Positions 28,893 to 39,044 of a DNA stretch of 64,000 nucleotides are shown piece after piece. This stretch comes from an uncultured Bacilli bacterium. Lineage in GTDB: Bacteria > Bacillota_I > Bacilli_A > RFN20 > CAG-449. A program made the position numbers and the translations under genes. The stretch covers positions 217,620 through 281,619 of the forward strand of contig CALVJL010000001.1 in NCBI GenBank assembly GCA_944332075.1, in the 5' to 3' direction. Numbering within the stretch: position 1 is the stretch's first letter; every line of letters begins with the position of its first letter. The notes below the pieces were generated by a model. The model was given only the letters and a program-made list of their open reading frames with translations, had not been told where the DNA came from and ran no database searches.

Positions 28893-29767
28893 ACGCGGTG
28901 GAAAAGCTTCTGCCAGAACGACCTTTTCTTAATTAAAGTCGGTTCTCTTAAAATTCTATCGATATCCTTACGCATTTCAAAAACATCTTTATAACGGTCG
29001 CTAGGTGATTTCGCGCAGGCCTTAAGGATAATCTTTTCGATGATAATTGGGGTTTTGGAATTATATTTACGCGGCGAAGGAAATTTTTCTTTGATATGCT
29101 TTAAAGCGACTGTCACCGGTGATTCATCATCAAAAGGAACGCGTCCGGTTATTAATTCAAAGAAGGTAATACCTAAAGCATAGATATCAGATTGCACTGA
29201 AGCCGGTGCCCCCTGCGATAGTTCTGGAGCTAAATAATGAACAGATCCGACAACTACTTCGGATTTAGTGACGCGGGAATTGATATCTTTAAATGTTGCA
29301 ATACCAAAATCGCTAAGTTTAACCGTGCCATCTTTGGTGATAAAAACATTCTCTGGCTTAATGTCGCGGTGGATAACTCCGTGCTGATGCGCATGTAAAA
29401 CCGCGGAGCAAAGCTGATACATAATATCGCATGCCTCTAAAAAAGTAAATTTTCCTCTTTTACGGAGCACTTCTTTTAAGGTCTGTCCCTTGATTAATTC
29501 ATTAACCATAAAAGGACGCGATTCATAAGTTCCAATATTAATGACTCTAACGACATTTTGATGGTTAAGGGACGCAGCTGCACGAGCCTCTCTTTCAAAG
29601 CGCGTTAAATTAATCGGATTTTTCATCGTTTCTTGCTTAATAATTTTTAAAGCGACGTCTTTTTTAGAAATCAAGTCAAAAGCGAGGTAGACTTGAGCCA
29701 TACCTCCTTCGCCGAGTAAGGATTTTATTCTGTATCTGTCCGCGATGACATCGTTAGGCTTAATCAT
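28889..29767 (-). CDS. prkC: Ser/Thr protein kinase, kinase domain only
   Basis: LGEGGMAQVY, VALK, HRDIKPEN, DFGIA, GSVHYLAPE; ends shortly after the kinase domain. Confidence 0.9.
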   Translation of the reverse strand: MIKPNDVIADRYRIKSLLGEGGMAQVYLAFDLISKKDVALKIIKQETMKNPINLTRFEREARAAASLNHQNVVRVINIGTYESRPFMVNELIKGQTLKEVLRKRGKFTFLEACDIMYQLCSAVLHAHQHGVIHRDIKPENVFITKDGTVKLSDFGIATFKDINSRVTKSEVVVGSVHYLAPELSQGAPASVQSDIYALGITFFELITGRVPFDDESPVTVALKHIKEKFPSPRKYNSKTPIIIEKIILKACAKSPSDRYKDVFEMRKDIDRILREPTLIKKRSFWQKLFHRV

Positions 29768-29768
29768 A

Positions 29769-30494
29769 TTAATCCTTCCTTAAAAGGCAGACGGAAACAT
29801 TATCCTTTCCCCCGCGCATATTAGCTCTCGTAATTAATCTTTTCGCTGCTTTTTCAACGTCATCTGGATATTTTTTGATGACTTCTAACATAGTTTTATC
29901 GTCAATCATGTTATATAAGCCGTCACTGCAGCAAAGCAAATAATCATAATTATCCGTTATTTCTAAAATATTGACTTGGACTTTATCATATCCGCCTAAA
30001 GAGTTTGTTAAAACATTTCTTTGAGGATGGGTTAACATTTCATCTCTAGTGATCTTACCTTGTTCAAATAAGAATTCAACATAGGTCTCATCAACAGATT
30101 TTTGGATGATATTATCACCCTTAACAATATATCCGCGGCTGTCGCCAATATAAGATAAATATGTTTTATTTTTATGAATTAAGAATAAAGTGACTGTCGT
30201 TCCCATGCCTTTTAAACGAGGTTGTTCGTTAGAAAGGCGAAAGAGCATGCTGTTGGTTTTTCTTAAAACTTTCTTTATCCAAGATTTAATTTTGAATGAA
30301 AAGAAACGCTTATCAACAAACTGTGAAGAAATATATTCTTTAGCTTTATTTGAGGCTAAATCGCCTTTGCTATGGCCTCCCATGCCATCGAGAACCATCA
30401 TCAAAACATCGCCGTATTTATTTTCGACGATTAAGCAAGTATCTTCATTTTTTTCTCTGACTTTTCCCGGATTAGTCTCAAAAGCGTATTTCAT
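29769..30494 (-). CDS. prpC: PP2C-type Ser/Thr phosphatase
   Basis: GKVREKNED, LDGMGGH, IGDSRGY, LLCCSDGL, GGKDNVS. Confidence 0.93.
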   Translation of the reverse strand: MKYAFETNPGKVREKNEDTCLIVENKYGDVLMMVLDGMGGHSKGDLASNKAKEYISSQFVDKRFFSFKIKSWIKKVLRKTNSMLFRLSNEQPRLKGMGTTVTLFLIHKNKTYLSYIGDSRGYIVKGDNIIQKSVDETYVEFLFEQGKITRDEMLTHPQRNVLTNSLGGYDKVQVNILEITDNYDYLLCCSDGLYNMIDDKTMLEVIKKYPDDVEKAAKRLITRANMRGGKDNVSVCLLRKD

Positions 30495-31525
30495 AATCTA
30501 CCTTCATTCTTCGCGCGTAACTGTCCGCATGCAGCATCGATATCGCTGCCGAATTCTTTTCTAATTGTCGCGTTAACTCCATGTTTCATCAAATAGTCCA
30601 TAAATTTTTTACTATTTTCTGAACGGTGGAAGCCGTTTTCATCAACTTCATTATACGGAATTAAATTAACATAGGCAAAGACTGGTCTAATTAATCTAGC
30701 TAATTCTTCCGCGTCTTTAAGCGAATCATTAACGCCTTTCAATAAAATATATTCAAAAGTAACCCTTCTTGAGGCCACGACATTATATTCTTTAACCGCG
30801 GCAATTAATTCTTTTAATGGATAAGCTTTATTAATCGGCATTAACTGATTTCTTAATTCATCGTTGCTAGCGTGTAATGAGATAGCTAAATTAACCTGTA
30901 TACCTAAACGCGCATATTCTCTAATCTTATCAGGAATTCCACAGGTGGAAACCGTGATATGCCGCGCGCCGATAGCTAAACCGCGTTGTTCATTGATAAT
31001 TTTAATAAATTCAATAACGTTATCATAATTATCAAATGGCTCACCCGTTCCCATAACTACGACGTGAGTAACTCTTTTTCCTTCTTCTTTTAAAAGATCA
31101 TTTAATAATAAAATTTCTCCGACCATTTCTTCCGGAGCTAAGTTTCTCTGCTTTTTTAAAAGACCAGACGCGCAGAACTTGCAGCCCATATTACAGCCGA
31201 CTTCACTTGAGACACAAGCAGCTAAGCCGTAATTATAACGCATTAAAACTGTTTCAACTTTTGCATGATCGGCAAATTCAACGAGTAATTTAATCGTCCC
31301 ATCTTCAGATACTTGTTTTTGATAAATAGTCGGTTTAACTAAACAATATTTTTCTTTTAAAACCTCGATAAACTTTTTCGAGATATCGGTCATTTTTTCA
31401 AAATCGGTCTCGCCTTTTTCATAAATCCAGCTATAAAGTTGACGCGCGCGATATTTGTTTTGACCTTCATTTACCATCATCTCTTCTAGATGCGGAAGAG
31501 AAACACCATATAAATTAATCATCAT
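30491..31525 (-). CDS. rlmN: 23S rRNA m2A2503 radical-SAM methyltransferase
   Basis: CVSSEVGCNMGCKFCAS, VMGTGEPFDN, DIDAACGQL; SD AGGAG favours a start at 31525/31522. Confidence 0.96.
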   Translation of the reverse strand: MMINLYGVSLPHLEEMMVNEGQNKYRARQLYSWIYEKGETDFEKMTDISKKFIEVLKEKYCLVKPTIYQKQVSEDGTIKLLVEFADHAKVETVLMRYNYGLAACVSSEVGCNMGCKFCASGLLKKQRNLAPEEMVGEILLLNDLLKEEGKRVTHVVVMGTGEPFDNYDNVIEFIKIINEQRGLAIGARHITVSTCGIPDKIREYARLGIQVNLAISLHASNDELRNQLMPINKAYPLKELIAAVKEYNVVASRRVTFEYILLKGVNDSLKDAEELARLIRPVFAYVNLIPYNEVDENGFHRSENSKKFMDYLMKHGVNATIRKEFGSDIDAACGQLRAKNEGRL

Positions 31526-32786
31526 TTTCTCCTTTCCGCAATACTGCATAATAAACGCCGTCTGAAGGAATTTCATGGGCAAAAATCATTCTTTCTTCTT
31601 CTAAAGTGAACTCTTGATGATTTTCTAAAAAAGTTTTAATCATCGAGGTCGTTTCTTTTTTGTTATAGGTATAGCAAGCATAAATTAATTTGCCGCCATC
31701 TTTAATAAATAAAGAGCCTTCCTCTAACATCTTTCTTTGAGTATTTAAAAGATTATCAATTTCCTCCATCTTCAAAGATAATAATTCTTGAGGATTTCTT
31801 CTAATTAAGCCAAAGTTAGTGGAAGGAACAAACATTAAAGCTTTATCGACTGAATCATATGGCATATAGGTTAATAATAAGTCAATATTACAATTAAAGA
31901 CTTCCGGGAATTGATTATTAAAACGCATTAAATAATTTTTAAGCATTCTCTCTTCGACTAAGTCATTCATCATTACTTGTAACTTGCCGATTTTTTCCAT
32001 CTTCTTGCTAACTTCATTAACTAATACATCGCGCTTAGGATAAATCAAAAGCACATTATCAAGAGGTTCAGCATCAAGTTTACTTTCAAGAAGCTGAGTC
32101 ACTTCATCTTCAACGATAATTTCATTATTTTTGAAAAGTGGATGGGCGATGATATTTTTTCCGAGATAATAAAGCGAGCCATCAACAAGTTTACCTTTTT
32201 GGAAATCATTTGGATATTTACTTAAAATCTCTTCAGAGGTAGTTTTATCTAGATTCACTTTAACAGTTAAAGGAATATTTTTTCTTGAAGAAGACAATGC
32301 TTTATAGGTAGTTTTATGTCCGTGATGTTTAGTTAACATCTTAACAATCCATAAAGGATAAGAGAAATGTAAAGAGACATATTTAGCAAAATGCTTGCTA
32401 TCTTCTTCAGGAATTGGATAAAAAGCATGGTTTAATGAAAGTAATTCACTAAAGCGTTTTTCAACATCAATCTCTGGAGTAAAAAGTTCTTTATCTTCGC
32501 TTAAAGCTTTGCAGATATCATCATCATGAAAATCTTTAAAATAGTGATAAACACCTAAAACAGCGATAAAATAATCTTTTTGATTTTCATCAAGTTCTTT
32601 AAAAACATTATTAACTTCATATTCTAAGAAATAATAACGGTTGACTAACGCTTTTAACGTATCGCGGAAAAAAGCTCTTGAGAAGCTATCGCTTTCCGAT
32701 AAACCTTTATTAATAAAATTTAAAAAATTGATCTCTCTAGATTTAATTTGTTCTAAATATTGGTAAGCTTGATAAATTTTTGACAT
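31515..32786 (-). CDS. rsmB: RsmB/Sun homolog with degenerate catalytic motifs
   Basis: Position between priA and rlmN; recognisable GLIRRNP, Q..LL, GGKLIY, DGVYYAVL, but SAM-binding and Cys motifs are altered. Confidence 0.75.
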   Translation of the reverse strand: MSKIYQAYQYLEQIKSREINFLNFINKGLSESDSFSRAFFRDTLKALVNRYYFLEYEVNNVFKELDENQKDYFIAVLGVYHYFKDFHDDDICKALSEDKELFTPEIDVEKRFSELLSLNHAFYPIPEEDSKHFAKYVSLHFSYPLWIVKMLTKHHGHKTTYKALSSSRKNIPLTVKVNLDKTTSEEILSKYPNDFQKGKLVDGSLYYLGKNIIAHPLFKNNEIIVEDEVTQLLESKLDAEPLDNVLLIYPKRDVLVNEVSKKMEKIGKLQVMMNDLVEERMLKNYLMRFNNQFPEVFNCNIDLLLTYMPYDSVDKALMFVPSTNFGLIRRNPQELLSLKMEEIDNLLNTQRKMLEEGSLFIKDGGKLIYACYTYNKKETTSMIKTFLENHQEFTLEEERMIFAHEIPSDGVYYAVLRKGENDD

Positions 32787-32802
32787 AGTTATTCCTCAAT
32801 AG

Positions 32803-33219
32803 TTATTTTATTTCTGAAAAAATATCGATATTCTCTTCATCATCCTCATCCGCAGCTTCGACGACTACTGAATTCTTCTCAGTGACGAAAAGAGGGTATT
32901 CTTCATCGATACGTGAATAGACTTCATTATCTTCATAATGAAATTCGACATGGCTATGAACCGAGAAGTCCTCGCTTGCCGATAAGAGATAATTTTTCAT
33001 CTCTTGCTCATGCTTTTTAAAAGCTGAAGGAGCTTCAACATGGAAAAATAAATGATACGACGTTTGATCGACACCTTGGTGATAGATAATTGAATTAACC
33101 GCGATAAAGAGAATTTCTTCCTCTTTTATTTGATAAATTTTGGCTAATCTTCCCGACATCATTGAGCTGATATCGTGGCCTAAGAATTCATCCGCGCCAT
33201 ACATATAAATTTTGACCAT
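32803..33219 (-). CDS. Hypothetical protein (DUF1904/tautomerase-like, tentative)
   Basis: SD AGGAG before MVKIYMYG at 33219; acidic C-terminus. Confidence 0.55.
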   Translation of the reverse strand: MVKIYMYGADEFLGHDISSMMSGRLAKIYQIKEEEILFIAVNSIIYHQGVDQTSYHLFFHVEAPSAFKKHEQEMKNYLLSASEDFSVHSHVEFHYEDNEVYSRIDEEYPLFVTEKNSVVVEAADEDDEENIDIFSEIK

Positions 33220-33282
33220 ACAATGCTCCTTTTTCTCTGATAATATATTTATAAAATAAATATAAGTAATAAACAAGCAAAA

Positions 33283-35466
33283 TCAATAATCTTGCTCTGG
33301 GTCGACATCGATAGTTAACTGAAGTTTACTTTGCGAAGAGATGATATCTTGCAAAGTAATTAACGTGTCTTTAACTAGCGAAAAATCTTTATACTTAAGA
33401 ATAAACTTTCTCCGGTAACGATTCAAATATTTATTAATAAACATCGTACTCGGCCCTAAAATTTCCACCTGATTAATATCTAAATGAAACAATAGATATT
33501 TTTTTATTTCATCCATTTTTTCAACTAAGAAGTCTTCATCCTCACTAGATAAAATTAACATTGTTAAATAAGTATATGGAGGATTTTGAAGCAGATGACG
33601 ATACCGTAACTCTTTATTAAAGAAGGTATCGTAATCTTGTTTAGCTGCGAGATTAATCACAAAATTATCCGGTAAATATGTTTGAATAATTGCTTTTCCG
33701 GCATTTCGTCTCCCAGCCCGGCCAATCGTTTGAGTTAACAAAGAAAAGGTTCTTTCATTAGCTTTATAACTCGGCAAAGATAAAGCGATATCCGCTAAGA
33801 CAACACCGATAAGATTAACATGCGGAAAATCGTGTCCTTTACTAACTATTTGCGTTCCAACTAAAATATCTGCTTCATGATTAGAAAATTTATCGATAAC
33901 CGATTTAATACCGTTTTTGCGTTTGCTAATATCCGAATCTAAGCGAAGAATACGGGCTTCTGGAAAAAGCTTTTTTGTTTCATCAACAACTCTTTCTGTG
34001 CCAAATCCCGATTTATATACCTTAGATGAATGGCATTTTGGACAGGTTAAAATCATGTCTTCTTCATATCCGCAGTGATGGCAAACTAATTTATTGATAT
34101 CTTTATGATAGGTTAACGCCGTATCGCAAGACGGGCATTTCATAATATGTCCGCAGCTTTTGCAAGAGATAAAAGGAGCAAATCCTCTTCTATTAACAAG
34201 TAAGATAACTTGTTCTTGTTTTTCTAAGTTGTCTTTAATTAATTCTCTTAACCTTTTAGATATTAAAAAGGAATTCCTATCGATATTATGATAATCCGAC
34301 ATATCGACGATTTCGCATTCTGGAAGGGAAATATCATTAACTCTTTTAGTTAATCTAAGTTCATGGTAACGTTTCTTTAACGCGCGGGCTTTACTTTCTA
34401 AAGACGGAGTTGCTGATCCTAAAAGTAATTTGCCATTTATTAACCGCATTTTTGCTACGGTTAAGGCATTATAATAAGGCAGATTATCTTCTTGTTTATA
34501 AGTATCGGCATGCTCTTCATCAATGATGATTAATCCTAAATTATCTAATGGGGCAAAAATTGCTGAACGCGTTCCAATAACTACATCATATTCACCTTTT
34601 TTAATGTTTCGGTATGTATCATAACGTTCCCCGTCGCTTAATGAGCTATGTAAAACTGCAACCTTATCAAAAAGCGAAGTAAAGCGTTCCACCATTAAAT
34701 AAGATAAGGCAATCTCCGGCACGAGAATTAAGACTTTTTGGTTTCTTTCTAAGTAATAACGAGTTAAATTTAAATAAATTTCAGTTTTACCAGAGCCAGT
34801 TACCCCATATAAAAGATAAACCTTGTCATCAGAAGATATAAAATCCTCATAAGCAATTTTTTGTTCATCATTTAATTCGTGAAGCTGATATTTTTTATCG
34901 CTTTCTAATTTAAGACGGTTCCTTTCAATATTAACTAATCTAACCTTATTTTTCTTTAAAAGATTTTCGACAATCGTCTTTGATAAATCGCGTTTTAATA
35001 TTTTTCCTTGATTAAGCTTATAGAAGACTTCTGCCTGCCTAACCGTTAAATTATCAAAAGTCGCTCCCGGCAAAGCCTCGACATAAGTATCAAAAGCGAC
35101 TTTAACTCCGTGAAGAGAGGATTTATTTGGTTTTAAAGACGGAGGTAACATCGCTAAAATAACGCTGATTAACGGGCAGAGATAATAATCGGCAACTTTT
35201 TTAGCTAATGAAAATAATTCTTCGCTAATTAATGGTTCTTCATCGATAACTTGATCAATATTTTTGATGATGACTCCAGTTTTTTTCTGATATTCATCAA
35301 GAGAATCCGTTTCGATAATATCGATAACAAAACCGACGCATTGACGATTATTAAAAGAGACGATAACCCGCGAATAAAGAGGGATATCGCCATTATAAAC
35401 ATATGAAAAAGGACGATTTAGTTTACTAGCTACGTACTCGACAAGTACTTGATAGACTTTCATCAA
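33283..35466 (-). CDS. priA: Primosomal protein N'
   Basis: GVTGSGKTE, IIIDEEH, GSATPSLES, four CxxC pairs, QTIGRAGR. Confidence 0.97.
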   Translation of the reverse strand: MMKVYQVLVEYVASKLNRPFSYVYNGDIPLYSRVIVSFNNRQCVGFVIDIIETDSLDEYQKKTGVIIKNIDQVIDEEPLISEELFSLAKKVADYYLCPLISVILAMLPPSLKPNKSSLHGVKVAFDTYVEALPGATFDNLTVRQAEVFYKLNQGKILKRDLSKTIVENLLKKNKVRLVNIERNRLKLESDKKYQLHELNDEQKIAYEDFISSDDKVYLLYGVTGSGKTEIYLNLTRYYLERNQKVLILVPEIALSYLMVERFTSLFDKVAVLHSSLSDGERYDTYRNIKKGEYDVVIGTRSAIFAPLDNLGLIIIDEEHADTYKQEDNLPYYNALTVAKMRLINGKLLLGSATPSLESKARALKKRYHELRLTKRVNDISLPECEIVDMSDYHNIDRNSFLISKRLRELIKDNLEKQEQVILLVNRRGFAPFISCKSCGHIMKCPSCDTALTYHKDINKLVCHHCGYEEDMILTCPKCHSSKVYKSGFGTERVVDETKKLFPEARILRLDSDISKRKNGIKSVIDKFSNHEADILVGTQIVSKGHDFPHVNLIGVVLADIALSLPSYKANERTFSLLTQTIGRAGRRNAGKAIIQTYLPDNFVINLAAKQDYDTFFNKELRYRHLLQNPPYTYLTMLILSSEDEDFLVEKMDEIKKYLLFHLDINQVEILGPSTMFINKYLNRYRRKFILKYKDFSLVKDTLITLQDIISSQSKLQLTIDVDPEQDY

Positions 35467-35490
35467 ATCCTCCTTTATTAACTATTGATA

Positions 35491-36075
35491 TTATATATCT
35501 TTTTGCATTTCCATGCGTTTTTTGATAATTTGGCTAATGCGTTTAGTCGCATCGGCTAATTTATCATTTTTGACAACATATTGATAATTGCTAGAGAGAT
35601 TGATCTCTTTTTGGGCTTTAGCTAATCTTTCTTGAATAATGTTATCTGGTTCGCTCTTTCTGCCGCGAATTCTTCTTTCGAGTTCTTCTAGTGATGGAGG
35701 TATTAAAAAGATTGATACGACATCATCGTTTTTGCATCTCTCCATAACTTGCTTAGCTCCCTCGACTTCAATTTCTAAGAACACGTTTTTACCTTCATTA
35801 CGTAACTTCTCGACGTATTCAAGAGGTGTTCCATAGTAATTACCGACGAAATAAGTATATTCAAGTAACTTATTTTCTTTAATCATTTCTTTAAATTTAT
35901 CTTGCGATACAAAGAAATAATCGACCCCATCCTGTTCCATGTTCCGCGGTTGACGCGTAGTCATAGAAATAGAATAAGCTAAATTTAAGGATTCATCTTT
36001 AAAGACTTTTTTTCTGACCGTTCCTTTACCAACTCCGGAAGGTCCGGAAAGAACGATTAATAAACCCTTTTTCAT
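35491..36075 (-). CDS. gmk: Guanylate kinase
   Basis: GPSGVGKGT, SMTTRQPR, YYGT, LEIEVEGA; start MKKGLLIV at 36075 with SD GGGAG. Confidence 0.97.
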   Translation of the reverse strand: MKKGLLIVLSGPSGVGKGTVRKKVFKDESLNLAYSISMTTRQPRNMEQDGVDYFFVSQDKFKEMIKENKLLEYTYFVGNYYGTPLEYVEKLRNEGKNVFLEIEVEGAKQVMERCKNDDVVSIFLIPPSLEELERRIRGRKSEPDNIIQERLAKAQKEINLSSNYQYVVKNDKLADATKRISQIIKKRMEMQKDI

Positions 36076-36232
36076 AAACTCTCCCTTCTCTACAATATAT
36101 AATAATATAATATCTAAATTATATGAGCCTGACCACATTCTTGCAAGAAAGATTTTTCAAAGTTGATTTTCTTGCAATTTTCTGACAATTATTTTATTTA
36201 AAGCAGTGCTCTAGCGTGCTAAAATACTTGAT

Positions 36233-37801
36233 ATGGGAATTTCTAATTTTACTTTAAAACGCATTTATGAACAAATATCACCTTCGCTGGTGAATGCTAA
36301 AATTGAAAGAATTATCAATATAGCTGATAACGCCTTTCTTTTTTCACTTTTTTCAAACGGAAAAATGACTAATCTTTTGCTTTCTCTTGATCCGTCTTTG
36401 CCATTGATGGTTATGGCATCTTCATTAAAAATCGACGCCTTAAACACGAGCAACTATCAATGCAATATGCTAAGAAAGTATCTCGATAAGGGAACAATTG
36501 AATGGACTAAGAAAATAAAAGATGACCGGATTATCCTTTTCAAGGTCAAAAAATGGACGCAGACTTATCAGTTAATTGAAACGACGATGATTTTTGAACT
36601 ATTTCCGTTGTCGCCGAATATCATTTTTGTCGATGATAATTATACAATTCTCGACGCCTTTAAAAAGTCAGAAACCCTTGATAGCAAGCATCCGATTATT
36701 AACGGCATGAAATACGATTTTCCTCCAGCGACGAATAAAGACTTTGATGAAAATACCAAAGTTGGAGATATGATTGGCAAAGTTAATAAATCTGAATATC
36801 GTTACCTTCTTTCTTTATCTCCAGAAGAATATCAAAAATCATTAAGCCAAATGCTTAAAGAAGACGCTTATTACGTCTATAAAAACGATGTTTCTTCTCT
36901 AAGAATTAATGAAGAAGCTCAAAAAGTGGATTTAAACCACCTCTATGAAAGAGTTTTATCGCAGAAAACCGAAGAAAATAAAGAAGCGAGATATTTCCAT
37001 ATCTATCACCTTGTCGAAAGTAAAATCAAAGCCTGCAAGAAAAAGCTTCTTAATCTTGAAAGCGATCAAAAACGTTTCCTCGGCTACGATAAATATCAAG
37101 AATATGGAAATCTTCTTTATTTAGGCGAAGATATCTATCATCGCGGCGACAAAGAAATAACTATTGAAGGAATTAAAATCCCTCTTGATGTTAAACTTGA
37201 TTTACATCAAAACGCTCAGCATTATTTTAAGCTTTATAAAAAATCTAAATCGGGAATTAAGCAAGTAGAAATTCAAAAGCAATTAGCCAAAGAAGAACTC
37301 GCTTATTTTGAAAATATCGCTCAAGAGATGAAATTTGCTACCTTTAAAGATTTAGAAGAAATCATCCTAGATTTAACCGATCATAAATATATTAAAGATA
37401 AGAAAAACGCTAAAGCTAAAAAAGCTCCTGGCAATAAAAAATATAACCCGCATATTATCAAAGCTAAAGATACAAAGTTTGGCTATGGCTTATCTTCTTA
37501 TCAAAACGAAGAATTGACTTTCTCCTTAGCTCATAAAGATGATATGTATCTGCACGTTAAAGATTATCATGGCCCGCATGTAATTATCTTTAATGATAAC
37601 CCAACCGAAGATCAACTATTATTCGGAGGGGAAATCGCCTTATATTTTGCTTCTTTAAGCGCGGGTGAAGTTTATTATACAAAGCGTAAAAACGTCAAAA
37701 AAGTCCCTGAGCATCGTGGATTAACCACGCTCAAGGACGAAAAAGTAATGGTTATTAATCAAATTAGAGAAGAATCACTCGAGATTCTTAAGCGACTTTA
37801 A
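36233..37801 (+). CDS. rqcH: RqcH/NFACT (FbpA-like) ribosome quality-control protein
   Basis: IPLDVKLDLHQNAQHYFKLYKKSK; NFACT-R region QNEELTF..HVKDYHGPHVI. Confidence 0.85.
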   Translation: MGISNFTLKRIYEQISPSLVNAKIERIINIADNAFLFSLFSNGKMTNLLLSLDPSLPLMVMASSLKIDALNTSNYQCNMLRKYLDKGTIEWTKKIKDDRIILFKVKKWTQTYQLIETTMIFELFPLSPNIIFVDDNYTILDAFKKSETLDSKHPIINGMKYDFPPATNKDFDENTKVGDMIGKVNKSEYRYLLSLSPEEYQKSLSQMLKEDAYYVYKNDVSSLRINEEAQKVDLNHLYERVLSQKTEENKEARYFHIYHLVESKIKACKKKLLNLESDQKRFLGYDKYQEYGNLLYLGEDIYHRGDKEITIEGIKIPLDVKLDLHQNAQHYFKLYKKSKSGIKQVEIQKQLAKEELAYFENIAQEMKFATFKDLEEIILDLTDHKYIKDKKNAKAKKAPGNKKYNPHIIKAKDTKFGYGLSSYQNEELTFSLAHKDDMYLHVKDYHGPHVIIFNDNPTEDQLLFGGEIALYFASLSAGEVYYTKRKNVKKVPEHRGLTTLKDEKVMVINQIREESLEILKRL

Positions 37802-38476
37802 ATATTCTATCGCTCTCTTAGCGATAACAAGCGAGGCTCCATCAACGCAGTACATTAATGAAGCAATAAAATCTTGTTTCACGCTTGGAGCTTCATCAGA
37901 ATAACAAACCTCAACATCTTTGATACCCTCTTTTCTTAAAGCTAAACGAATCTTCTTAGCTAAAGGGCAATAAGATGTTTTTTCTATGTCAGCAATTTTA
38001 AAACGCATCGGATTATATTTATTACCAGTTCCCATTGAAGAAATAATTTTAACATTTTCCTTTTTGCATTCTTTAATTAAAGCAATTTTTGCTTTTACAT
38101 CATCGATGCAGTCGATAACCAAATCATAGGATGCGATATCTAGAGAAGGAATATTATTTTCATCGATAAAAAACGGATAGACGTTAACTTTAATCGTATT
38201 ATCAATATCATATATTCTCTTAGCAAAAGCCTGGCATTTATTCATTCCGAGACTGGAATCACAGGCGATAATCTGCCGGTTAAAATTACTTTCTTCAACT
38301 GAGTCACCATCAATTAAGGTTATCTCGCGAATCCCGGTTCTCGCGATTATTTCGGTAACTAATCCTCCGACTCCACCTAAGCCGACAATCATGACCTTAG
38401 AATGCTGATATTTTAATAAATTCTCTTCGCTTTTAAAAAAAGGAAGCATTCTTACGTACTTATTTATCAAACTCAT
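37775..38476 (-). CDS. tcdA: tRNA threonylcarbamoyladenosine dehydratase (ThiF/E1 family)
   Basis: VGLGGVGG, DGDSVEESNFNRQ, IDCIDD, SSMGTGNK, CPLAKKIR. Confidence 0.85.
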   Translation of the reverse strand: MSLINKYVRMLPFFKSEENLLKYQHSKVMIVGLGGVGGLVTEIIARTGIREITLIDGDSVEESNFNRQIIACDSSLGMNKCQAFAKRIYDIDNTIKVNVYPFFIDENNIPSLDIASYDLVIDCIDDVKAKIALIKECKKENVKIISSMGTGNKYNPMRFKIADIEKTSYCPLAKKIRLALRKEGIKDVEVCYSDEAPSVKQDFIASLMYCVDGASLVIAKRAIEYLKSLKNLE

Positions 38477-38978
38477 TTAAAAAATCCTGTCCTTTAAAAG
38501 TTTCATAAGTTGAAAGATCAAAGTAGTTTTGCTGCCTCATCGCTTCATAAGAAACAATCGCGACACAGTTAGAAAGATTTAATGAGCGGGCATTAGCTTT
38601 CATCGGAATTCTTAAGCAGTGATCGAGGTGATCGCGTAAGATTTCATAATCTATCCCGGTTGATTCTGCGCCAAACATAAAGAAATAATCCTTAACTGGC
38701 GAAGAAACATCAACTGAGGTAAAAACCTTTTGACCATATCTAGTTATATAATAAATTTCTGCTCCAGGATTCTTTTGATAGAATTCTTCAACGTTTTCAT
38801 AGACATGAATTGGGCAGTCGAGAATATAATCCATCCCTGCTCTTAGAAAGGACTTTTCATCCAAAGAAAAGCCTAAAGGTTTAATTAAATGTAATTCGGC
38901 ATTAATCGCCTGACAAGTCCTGACAATATTGCCGCAATTTGCAGCAATTTCCGGATGATACAATACTATATTAATCAT
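38460..38978 (-). CDS. trmL: tRNA (cytidine34-2'-O)-methyltransferase
   Basis: PEIAANCGNIVRTC, RAGMDY, FGAESTG, RSLNLSN. Confidence 0.94.
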   Translation of the reverse strand: MINIVLYHPEIAANCGNIVRTCQAINAELHLIKPLGFSLDEKSFLRAGMDYILDCPIHVYENVEEFYQKNPGAEIYYITRYGQKVFTSVDVSSPVKDYFFMFGAESTGIDYEILRDHLDHCLRIPMKANARSLNLSNCVAIVSYEAMRQQNYFDLSTYETFKGQDFLNEFDK

Positions 38979-39044
38979 AATTTCTCACCGACTCTATTGT
39001 AGCAAAAAGAGACAAGTGTTTTCAAAAGACTTTAAGCATGTATT

